NCBI GenBank assembly: GCA_963664875.1
Contig: OY761611.1
Coordinates: forward strand, 1,632,001 to 1,696,000
Reading direction: 5' to 3'
DNA from: Candidatus Kapaibacterium sp.
GTDB taxonomy: Bacteria > Bacteroidota > Ignavibacteria > Kapaibacteriales > UBA2268
Length of the DNA stretch: 64,000 nucleotides
The stretch's first letter is position 1, and every line of letters begins with the position of its first letter. Below, piece after piece: positions 28,834-37,329 of this stretch. The position numbers and the translations under genes are program-made. The notes under the pieces are model-generated. The model made no database searches and was not told where the DNA came from. It was given only the letters and a program-made list of their open reading frames with translations.

Positions 28834-29949
28834 GAATTTCCCACTCCCCACCATGAAGCCTTTCGACATAGAGACTCTATCAAAATCATTAATCATACCG
28901 GCAGTTTTATTATTTGAATTCCAAACTTCTTTTACCCATGTATTCCCATAATCAGACGAATAAAATGACTGAAAAAAAGTAGAAATGAATAAGTAATCGT
29001 CAAACTTGTTCATATTAGTTATGCTTCCACAAGTAAAAGAGACAGAGTCAGTAATGACATCCATTTTACTATTGTGTCTGTTTATTTTTACCATTTGCCA
29101 ATGCGGAGTTGGCGATAATGTAGTATCGAGTCCTGTGCCGTCTGGTTTATAAACTAAAACAGTATCGAATGTATAATCAACTGATTGGGTATAAAAATAA
29201 GTATCATCAATTACATAATTTATTGATAGGCCGAGGTCATCAATTTTAAACATCTTTTGCCAATTTTTGCCTTTATCGGTACTATACATAAATAAATTAT
29301 CAGTCAGTAATTCCAACTGAGACTTAAAAGGGACTCTATGCCTCAAATGAACTAACGTATAAAGGGTATCGTTTCTCATCTTAGGAGTATAAATTATAGT
29401 ATCATCATATTGTCTCTCTTGGTTAAGCTCTATATTAATCGCCTGAAGCCTCCAAGTTTTGCCTAAATCATTACTAATTCCCATGAATTTATCTGTAGCA
29501 CTTGCAACTATAACTAAGCTGTCATACGAGTTGATTTCGTTATAAGCAAAGGAATCATCAAAATAGCTTGTATCTATCCATGACTTCCCACCATCGGTAC
29601 TTTGCAAAAAATTGTTAAAGCCACATATTGCTAAAATGTTATCCTTATCCAGATATTTGATATCAGTGATTACATATTTGTATATTTCCCAAGAATTATA
29701 ATTCAAATCTTCATAAAAGAGAGTATCCCAAGTTTGCCCATAATCATCTGTTTTTTCAATACATCTTGAATATGGATAGCTATATGTAGTTCTACTAACA
29801 ACTGCATGATTTTGATCAAGGCAGGATACCCTATTGACAGAAGCTGGGAGCACTTTTTCAGAACTCAGATGTGTAAACTTCCATTCGTAATCACTACAAA
29901 ATAGAGCAGAACAAGAGATAATAAATATAAGTAAAACTACACTCTTCAT
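28519..29949 (-). CDS. Secreted BNR/Asp-box propeller protein with T9SS CTD (array member A1)
   Basis: Signal peptide. TDDYGQTW, STDGGKSW, SNDLGKTW and SSDYGNTW boxes. Constant CTD. Confidence 0.85.
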   Translation of the reverse strand: MKSVVLLIFIISCSALFCSDYEWKFTHLSSEKVLPASVNRVSCLDQNHAVVSRTTYSYPYSRCIEKTDDYGQTWDTLFYEDLNYNSWEIYKYVITDIKYLDKDNILAICGFNNFLQSTDGGKSWIDTSYFDDSFAYNEINSYDSLVIVASATDKFMGISNDLGKTWRLQAINIELNQERQYDDTIIYTPKMRNDTLYTLVHLRHRVPFKSQLELLTDNLFMYSTDKGKNWQKMFKIDDLGLSINYVIDDTYFYTQSVDYTFDTVLVYKPDGTGLDTTLSPTPHWQMVKINRHNSKMDVITDSVSFTCGSITNMNKFDDYLFISTFFQSFYSSDYGNTWVKEVWNSNNKTAGMINDFDRVSMSKGFMVGSGKFATLEPATSVSEHNPLTSEIAVYPNPAGKDDEITIDIKANESGKYTLQLTALDGSESNIKQTETLAAGLNRVSLNLSSELASGIYILSIYKEGQFVAAQKVVISG

Positions 29950-30147
29950 GATATTGTCTCAATAAATAAGAATAAATTTGCTTTATCTACACACTAATAG
30001 TTAGAAGGTTCATATATAAATTTTTTTTGCATTTATGTTTAGAGTATTTTGTATCTCAATTCTCTATTACCATTTTTTAGCAAAAAGTTGTATCTTTGCT
30101 AATTAGGATTATGCTATTTATAATTTATCAATATATAGGTTTTTATC

Positions 30148-31500
30148 ATGGCTGATTCAAGATATAAATCGTTTAAGTACATCGAAGACCTTTATAAATT
30201 CGAAGGCGAAGTAGTTACTTTACGAGGTTGGCTTTATAACAAAACAGGCAAAGGCAAACTTCAATTCTTGCTCATGCGCGACGGCACAGGAGTGGCACAA
30301 TGTATATTGTTCAAACCAAATTTGGGCGAAGAAAAATTTGCTGAAGCTAAATCGCTTACTCAGGAATCTTCCTTCGAAGTAACCGGCAAAGTGGTTGCCA
30401 ACGAAAAAGCTCCGGGCGGATTCGAAATAGATGTGGAAGACTTCAAAGTATTTCAGATTGCAGAAGAGTACCCTATCACTCCTAAAGAGCATGGCGATTC
30501 TTTTTTAATTGAACACCGCCACCTTTGGTTGCGTTCTAAGCGCCAACATGCTATAATGAGAGTAAGAGCAGCAGTTGTAAAAGCAATTCGCGATTTCTTC
30601 GATGGCAACGGTTTCAAACTTATGGATTCTCCAATTTTGACTCCAAGCGCTTGCGAAGGCACTTCTACTTTGTTTGAGACTAACTATTTCGATCTTGGCA
30701 AAGCATATTTGTCTCAGTCAGGCCAGCTATACGCAGAAGCATCCGCTATGGCTCTCGGTAAAGTATATACATTCGGCCCTACGTTCCGTGCTGAGCAATC
30801 AAAAACAAGAAAGCATCTAACTGAGTTTTGGATGGTAGAACCTGAAATGGCTTTCTTCGATTTGAATGACGATATGGATTTGGCGGAAGATTTGGTAGAG
30901 TATATTGTTCACTATGCTGTCAAAACCTGCCAGCGCGAGCTAATTGATCTAGAAAGAGACATCACTAAATTAGAAAAAGTTGTTCGTCCTTTCAATCGCA
31001 TGAGCTACGACGACGCTGTAGATTGGTTGCAACAAAATGATATTCCTATTATCCGCAAAGTAGATGGGCAGGAAGTAAAAGAGCAGTTCCCTTGGGGTGA
31101 AGACCTTGGCACACCACAAGAAGAAGCAATAATGGAACAGTTCGACAAACCATGTATAATCCACCGCTATCCGTCTGAAGTGAAAGCATTTTACATGAAA
31201 CGCGACCCACAAAATGACAAAGTGGTATTGGCTATGGATATGCTTGCTCCTGAAAAGGCAGGAGAAATCATTGGTGGCAGTCAAAGAGAAGACAATATAG
31301 ACTTACTTTTGGAAAGAATCAGACATCATGAGCTTCCGGAAGAAGATTACAAATGGTATTTGGATTTGCGCCGCTACGGCTCAGTCCCTCACTCAGGATT
31401 TGGTCTTGGAGTAGAGCGTGTAGTCAAATGGATTACCGGTGCTAAGCACATCAGAGAGGTAATTCCAATGCCACGTATGATCCACAGGATTATCCCATAA
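30148..31500 (+). CDS. asnS: Asparagine--tRNA ligase
   Basis: OB-fold anticodon domain, YLSQSGQLY, FRAEQSKTRKHLTEFWMVEPE, EIIGGSQRE and PHSGFGLGVER motifs. TATCTTTG promoter motif at 30091. Confidence 0.95.
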   Translation: MADSRYKSFKYIEDLYKFEGEVVTLRGWLYNKTGKGKLQFLLMRDGTGVAQCILFKPNLGEEKFAEAKSLTQESSFEVTGKVVANEKAPGGFEIDVEDFKVFQIAEEYPITPKEHGDSFLIEHRHLWLRSKRQHAIMRVRAAVVKAIRDFFDGNGFKLMDSPILTPSACEGTSTLFETNYFDLGKAYLSQSGQLYAEASAMALGKVYTFGPTFRAEQSKTRKHLTEFWMVEPEMAFFDLNDDMDLAEDLVEYIVHYAVKTCQRELIDLERDITKLEKVVRPFNRMSYDDAVDWLQQNDIPIIRKVDGQEVKEQFPWGEDLGTPQEEAIMEQFDKPCIIHRYPSEVKAFYMKRDPQNDKVVLAMDMLAPEKAGEIIGGSQREDNIDLLLERIRHHELPEEDYKWYLDLRRYGSVPHSGFGLGVERVVKWITGAKHIREVIPMPRMIHRIIP

Positions 31501-31522
31501 TCAAATAATTTGCTACAAGAGA

Positions 31523-31562
31523 CAAAGCAGTATTTCTAAGAAAAGAGATACTGCTTTTTTTT
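31523..31562 (+). terminator. Terminator after asnS
   Basis: AAAGCAGTATTTC..GAGATACTGCTTTTTTT. Confidence 0.75.
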
Positions 31563-31880
31563 AAACCTTTAACAATGGTTTTGAGTTAAAACTAAATTGA
31601 AATACTTGTCAAAATTCGAGTTCGAATGTAAATCAAAAATTCTTTACAGATCATTTTATAATATGATAATAGCTATCGATTACAAATTTCACTCTATAGA
31701 TAACCTCTTGTATATGGGTTTGTCATATTGAATTACATATCAAGAGATTATATATAGTTTCTAATTTTATCTTTATTTTTATTATATTGAGATTTTGTAT
31801 TAGTAACTGATATAGTTATTTATTTATAGAAGTTTTTATAATAATGCAAAATCAAAAAATCAGTAATTGTAGGAGTACTA

Positions 31881-34800
31881 ATGAGATTAGCGATTCTTCT
31901 TCTCGGATTATTCAGTTTTGTGAACTTACAGGCTGAAAATTATTATTGGGTTGGAGGCTCAGGAGATTGGGCTGAATATTTTTATCATTGGGCATACGAA
32001 TCCGGCGGCAATCCTCCTGAAAAATACGGTAAAGTTCCCGGTCCGGAAGATAACGTAATTTTCGATGACAACTCCTTCGGTGCAGGCGAAGACACGCTAT
32101 ACGTTACATTCTCATCCGCTATAGTCTGCCGCGACTTAGACTTCTCAAAATGCACAAAACCCATTGTCTTTGGAGACAACCAAGCTGTAGATATTAGGAT
32201 CTATGGATCTATGACTTTGAATAGGAAACTCGACTTAAATCTAAACCAGAGCAATACAAAAATCACTTTTTCAGCGACCTCAGGCGAGCACACTATTGCT
32301 ACGGCAGGTAATAAACTCACCTCTGTATTTTTTGATGGCGAAGGAGGTAAATGGACTTTGCAGGATAGTTTAATTACTACTGGTAGTAATAGCAAAATTT
32401 TAGCAGGCCATCTTAATACTAATAGTCAGTATTTAATTTTCAATGGTTTGCAGGTAGAAGGCGATAAAATAACCACATTAGAGCTTGGAAATTCAACAAT
32501 TGATATTCCGAGTCAAAGCCTTAGAATAATTAACAATAATTTGACAATTATCCCTGGAACTTCTACTTTTAGGTTGCTAAGTATAGGGGCACAAACTTGT
32601 ACAATTAGCACAAATCAAAGTCTATACAATTTATATATAGAAAATTTTAAATCTGTAAAACATCTTGATGGAAATGCTAAATATAATAAAGTTAGTATAA
32701 ATGGGAATCTTAACATCAGAGGCAGTAATTCAATAGACTCTCTATTATTTACGCAAGGATACACATATCTATTTCAAAAAGAAACTACTCAAACCATAAA
32801 TAAATATTTTGAAGCTGAAGGGAACTGCAAAAGTTATATTGCAATTTCTTCTTTAGAGGGCACAGATATTTTCAATTTCCAATTTAATGAGGCTACAGCA
32901 AATATTCAATACGCTATTATACAAGATTGTAGATGTACCTCTAACAACACTTTAGTTGCTCATAATTCAGTCGATTTAGGAGATAATTCCGGAATAAATA
33001 TTGAAACAGCTAATCCAAGAACTTTATTTTGGACAGGTAAGAATAGCATATACTGGGATGATGCAGACAACTGGTCCGAAACAAGTGGTGGTAATGCAGC
33101 TTGCGTTCCCACTCCTTACGACAACGTTGTCTTTGATAAAAACTCCTTCATCAAGAATGATACAGTTTGTTTTAGAACCACCACTACATTTTGCAGAGAT
33201 TTCGATTGGGCATCCATAATTGACCACCCTGTTTTAATATCGGAGAATAATGCACCTATTAATATTTTTGGTTCTATGAAATTACATCCAAACCTGAATT
33301 TTCAAGTTTCATCCAATACTAAGATTTGCTTTAGAGCACTTGATGCGGCACACACGATAACTACTGCTGGCAATAAATTAACAACTGTTATTTTTGATGG
33401 CGAAGGAGGTAAATGGATTTTGCAGGATAGCTTAATTACTACTGGTAGTAATAGCAAAATTTTAGCAGGCCATCTTAATACTAATAGTCAGTATTTAATT
33501 TTCAACGGTTTGCTGGTAGAAGGCGATAAAATAACCACATTAGAGCTTGGAAATTCAACAATTGATATTCCGAGTCAAAGCCTTAGAATAATTAACAATA
33601 ATTTGATAATTATCCCTGGAACTTCTACTTTTAGGTTGCTAAGTATAGAGGCACAAACTTGTACAATTAGCACAAATCAAAGTCTATACAATTTATATAT
33701 AGAAAATTTTAAATCTGTAAAACATCTTGATGGAAATGCTAAATATAATAAAGTTAGTATAAATGGGAATCTTAACATCAGAGGCAGTAATTCAATAGAC
33801 TCTCTATTATTTACGCAAGGATACACATATCTATTTCAAAAAGAAACTACTCAAACCATAAATAAATATTTTGAAGCTGAAGGGAACTGCAAAAGTTATA
33901 TTGCAATTTCTTCTTTAGAGGGCACAGATATTTTCAATTTCCAATTTAATGAGGCTACAGCAAATATTCAATACGCTATTATACAAGATTGTAGATGTAC
34001 CTCTAACAACACTTTAGTTGCTCATAATTCAGTCGATTTAGGAGATAATTCCGGAATAAATATTGAAACAGCTAATCCAAGAACTTTATTTTGGACAGGT
34101 AAGAATAGCATATACTGGGATGATGCAGACAACTGGTCCGAAACAAGTGGTGGTAATGCAGCTTGCGTTCCCACTCCTTACGACAACGTTGTCTTTGATA
34201 AAAACTCCTTCATCAAGAATGATACAGTTTGTTTTAGAACCACCACTACATTTTGCAGAGATTTCGATTGGGCATCCATAATTGACCACCCTGTTTTAAT
34301 ATCGGAGAATAATGCACCTATTAATATTTTTGGTTCTATGAAATTACATCCAAACCTGAATTTTCAAGTTTCATCCAATACTAAGATTTGCTTTAGAGCA
34401 CTTGATGCGGCACACACGATAACTACTGCTGGCAATAAATTAACAACTGTTATTTTTGATGGCGAAGGAGGTAAATGGATTTTGCAGGATAGCTTAATTA
34501 CTACTGGTAGTAATAGCAAAATTTTAGCAGGCCATCTTAATACTAATAGTCAGTATTTAATTTTCAACGGTTTGCTGGTAGAAGGCGATAAAATAACCAC
34601 ATTAGAGCTTGGAAATTCAACAATTGATATTCCGAGTCAAAGCCTTAGAATAATTAACAATAATTTGATAATTATCCCTGGAACTTCTACTTTTAGGTTG
34701 CTAAGTATAGAGGCACAAACTTGTACAATTAGCACAAATCAAAGTCTATACAATTTATATATAGAAAATTTTAAATCTGTAAAACATCTTGATGGCAACG

Positions 34801-36377
34801 CTACCTTTAATAAAATTACTTTAGATGGAGATATTACGGTTAGAGGCTCCAACGCCACCGACTCCCTTATCCTCGCACCGGGTTATACTTACTTATTTAA
34901 AGAGGGGACTACTCAGACGGTGAATGAGCACTTGGGAATTTATGGGAATAATTGCTATCCGATTGTAATGCAGTCCATTTCTGAAGGAAAACAAGCGACA
35001 ATTCATGTGGAAGAAGGCGAGGTCTCAGGTGATTTCCTTGAGTTGAGAGATATTGCTGCTGAAGGTAACGCTGATTTTTATGCAGGCAACAACAGTACTG
35101 ACTTATCTGGTAACACAGGCTGGTATTTCACGAACTCACCTAAGTATGTTTATGGTTTTGGCGAAGATAGAGTTTTCTGTCTTGGCGACACATTGTTTAC
35201 GCAATACTTCCATAATCCGGAGAGATATCAATGGGATGATGGTAGTGACAAATCTTACAGAATTATTGACGGCCCGGGCGACTACTGGGTAGTTGGCTAC
35301 TATGGCGAAAAATGTTTCTGGTCGGACACTATAAACGTTAATATTATCAATCTCTATGCTGACAATGTGGACAATATGACCTTGATTGAAAATGCCTACC
35401 ACGCTGATACTACTGTTATTCTAACACCTGACGAGAAGTGGCAGTTCGGTGGTATGTGGTACCAGACACAAGTGGCTATTGCCAAAGGTTTCGAGACCGA
35501 GTTTTCTTTTGTTATGCACGACGGCGTTAATGAATTTGAGTTAGAAGATCAGCCCGGAGCTGACGGTTTTGCCTTTATTATTCAAAATTATACTAATAAC
35601 GAATTAGGCAAACGTGGTGGTGGATTAGGTTTTGAAGGTATGCCTAACTGCTTCGCCGTTGAGTTTGATTCATATTACAACGCCGAGGATTATATCAATG
35701 ATCCTTCGGAAAATCACCTTGCAGTATTTTGCAACGGAACAGAGCCAAACCTTGTTAATCACAACTCTGACGCCTGTCTCGGCACAGTGGATTTGAAGCA
35801 TTCATTCCCTATTCGCTCCGACGGCACAGTTTACTTCTGCAAAATTGAGTATGATTATAATTTGATGCAGATGTATATCTGGTTAGACACAACTCAGAAA
35901 TATACTCAGCCGATGATGACTTTAAATGATATTGATTTATCAGAGATGATGGAACTAAAGCAAGATGAGTTTGCTTGGGTGGGCTTTGCATCCGCAACCG
36001 GTAATGTATATGAGAAACATGAAATATTATCCTGGTATATGTGCCCTACAAATACGATGTCTGTCCTAACCGGCATTTCAGAGGGCTATGGTGAACCTGA
36101 AAATTACGACGTGTTTGCATCTGAAGATATAATCACTATTTCTCCAAATCCTATGAGCGGGAGCAGCAAAGTTGATTTAGATATACCTGCTGCTGGTACT
36201 TACTACATCGAAGTTAGTGATATATTTGGGAAAATTGTATTTAGCAAAGAACAGGATCTACCTGTTAGAATTAGTACTGTTATGCTAAATATTAGCGAGC
36301 ACTCTGCTGGTACTTACTTCTTCAAAATCAGCAATAAAAAGCACTCGCAAGTCAAGAAATTTGTATTAGTAAAATAG
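31881..36377 (+). CDS. Large secreted adhesin-like protein: repeated beta-rich modules, L-type (legume) lectin domain, T9SS CTD
   Basis: AGGAG RBS and signal peptide. Repeats YWVGGSGDW/FWTGKNSIYW..SGG..VP..DNVxFD. Lectin motifs GADGFAF, FAVEFDSY, WVGFASATG. CTD ISPNP..AGTYF..KKFVLVK. Confidence 0.85.
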   Translation: MRLAILLLGLFSFVNLQAENYYWVGGSGDWAEYFYHWAYESGGNPPEKYGKVPGPEDNVIFDDNSFGAGEDTLYVTFSSAIVCRDLDFSKCTKPIVFGDNQAVDIRIYGSMTLNRKLDLNLNQSNTKITFSATSGEHTIATAGNKLTSVFFDGEGGKWTLQDSLITTGSNSKILAGHLNTNSQYLIFNGLQVEGDKITTLELGNSTIDIPSQSLRIINNNLTIIPGTSTFRLLSIGAQTCTISTNQSLYNLYIENFKSVKHLDGNAKYNKVSINGNLNIRGSNSIDSLLFTQGYTYLFQKETTQTINKYFEAEGNCKSYIAISSLEGTDIFNFQFNEATANIQYAIIQDCRCTSNNTLVAHNSVDLGDNSGINIETANPRTLFWTGKNSIYWDDADNWSETSGGNAACVPTPYDNVVFDKNSFIKNDTVCFRTTTTFCRDFDWASIIDHPVLISENNAPINIFGSMKLHPNLNFQVSSNTKICFRALDAAHTITTAGNKLTTVIFDGEGGKWILQDSLITTGSNSKILAGHLNTNSQYLIFNGLLVEGDKITTLELGNSTIDIPSQSLRIINNNLIIIPGTSTFRLLSIEAQTCTISTNQSLYNLYIENFKSVKHLDGNAKYNKVSINGNLNIRGSNSIDSLLFTQGYTYLFQKETTQTINKYFEAEGNCKSYIAISSLEGTDIFNFQFNEATANIQYAIIQDCRCTSNNTLVAHNSVDLGDNSGINIETANPRTLFWTGKNSIYWDDADNWSETSGGNAACVPTPYDNVVFDKNSFIKNDTVCFRTTTTFCRDFDWASIIDHPVLISENNAPINIFGSMKLHPNLNFQVSSNTKICFRALDAAHTITTAGNKLTTVIFDGEGGKWILQDSLITTGSNSKILAGHLNTNSQYLIFNGLLVEGDKITTLELGNSTIDIPSQSLRIINNNLIIIPGTSTFRLLSIEAQTCTISTNQSLYNLYIENFKSVKHLDGNATFNKITLDGDITVRGSNATDSLILAPGYTYLFKEGTTQTVNEHLGIYGNNCYPIVMQSISEGKQATIHVEEGEVSGDFLELRDIAAEGNADFYAGNNSTDLSGNTGWYFTNSPKYVYGFGEDRVFCLGDTLFTQYFHNPERYQWDDGSDKSYRIIDGPGDYWVVGYYGEKCFWSDTINVNIINLYADNVDNMTLIENAYHADTTVILTPDEKWQFGGMWYQTQVAIAKGFETEFSFVMHDGVNEFELEDQPGADGFAFIIQNYTNNELGKRGGGLGFEGMPNCFAVEFDSYYNAEDYINDPSENHLAVFCNGTEPNLVNHNSDACLGTVDLKHSFPIRSDGTVYFCKIEYDYNLMQMYIWLDTTQKYTQPMMTLNDIDLSEMMELKQDEFAWVGFASATGNVYEKHEILSWYMCPTNTMSVLTGISEGYGEPENYDVFASEDIITISPNPMSGSSKVDLDIPAAGTYYIEVSDIFGKIVFSKEQDLPVRISTVMLNISEHSAGTYFFKISNKKHSQVKKFVLVK
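32329..34795 (+). repeat. Intragenic tandem repeat, 1062-bp (354-aa) period, about 2.3 copies
   Basis: GATGGCGAAGGAGG recurs at 32334, 33396 and 34458. Shadow ORFs 33001/34063 are identical. Confidence 0.95.
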
Positions 36378-36406
36378 ATAACTTCTTATTACTTACACAC
36401 AAAAAC

Positions 36407-36438
36407 GCACTTTGCTGAATAAGTAAAGTGCTTTTTTT
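36407..36438 (+). terminator. Rho-independent terminator
   Basis: GCACTTTGCT..AGTAAAGTGC followed by a T run. Confidence 0.7.
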
Positions 36439-36573
36439 ATATATTCCATTTCCCGCATATAATCGCTGTTCTTATTTGGAATGTACATATTTTTGTTATA
36501 ATTTTAATTTTCTTTGTAACTTTTTCCACCTTTAGTTAATCTACATAGAAACACACATCCATGGGGAATAATA

Positions 36574-37305
36574 ATGAAACATCTAATTATCTTATTAATT
36601 TTTGCGGCAACGCTTGTTGCTTGGTCACCTAATACTAATTCATACGCTGTTGAAAAAACTGAAATCACTGAAGAGTTAGCTCAAAAGTTGGGCATAAGTA
36701 TCGGTGATGAGGTGTCATATCTGGAAAAAAAATGGATTAATGGCAAAGAGGAACATGTTAAGGTAATCATAAAAGAGAAAAGAATATATATGACTAACTA
36801 TAGGGAAAATGCCAAGTCTATTCCTCTTCAACCGGTTTTTGTTACTTCCGAATTTGAAAACTTCAAGACAGCTTACTATACATTTATTCCGGAAAATTTA
36901 AGTGAAAAAGACAATCCAATTCTAAAAAATCCTAGAAACTACACTTGCTTTTTCCTCAATCATAATGGTAGTATTATTGAGTTTTGGTATCGGAATATAG
37001 ATTTGGAGTCGTCAAATTTCGACTCTTCAATAGAGATTGAACCCAGACCTCCTATATCTTTTTCTCCAAATCCTGCGAGCGACATGACACAACTATCCCT
37101 CATCTGTAAATCTAACGCGACTGCTAATTTGGAGTTTTACGATTCGAACGGTAACCTTATGAAACAGATAAAAGTGATAAAAACAATACCTCATTTGAAT
37201 ATAATTAACTGTGAGGTTGGCGACTTACAAGTGGGAATGTACACTGTTGCTGTTATTGTTAGTGGTGAACTTTATGCGACAGACAAACTTATCGTAATGC
37301 GATAG
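36574..37305 (+). CDS. Small secreted protein with T9SS C-terminal domain
   Basis: Signal peptide. FSPNPASD..LQVGMY..KLIVMR. Confidence 0.75.
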   Translation: MKHLIILLIFAATLVAWSPNTNSYAVEKTEITEELAQKLGISIGDEVSYLEKKWINGKEEHVKVIIKEKRIYMTNYRENAKSIPLQPVFVTSEFENFKTAYYTFIPENLSEKDNPILKNPRNYTCFFLNHNGSIIEFWYRNIDLESSNFDSSIEIEPRPPISFSPNPASDMTQLSLICKSNATANLEFYDSNGNLMKQIKVIKTIPHLNIINCEVGDLQVGMYTVAVIVSGELYATDKLIVMR

Positions 37306-37329
37306 ACAAAAACCAAAAGGGGAACAAAC

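Noticed and set aside
17596-29949. Diversity-generating retroelement or shufflon explanation for the paralog arrays
   Set aside because: No reverse transcriptase or recombinase in the window. Differences are not confined to adenines, the C-termini are the constant part, and the repeats are direct rather than inverted.
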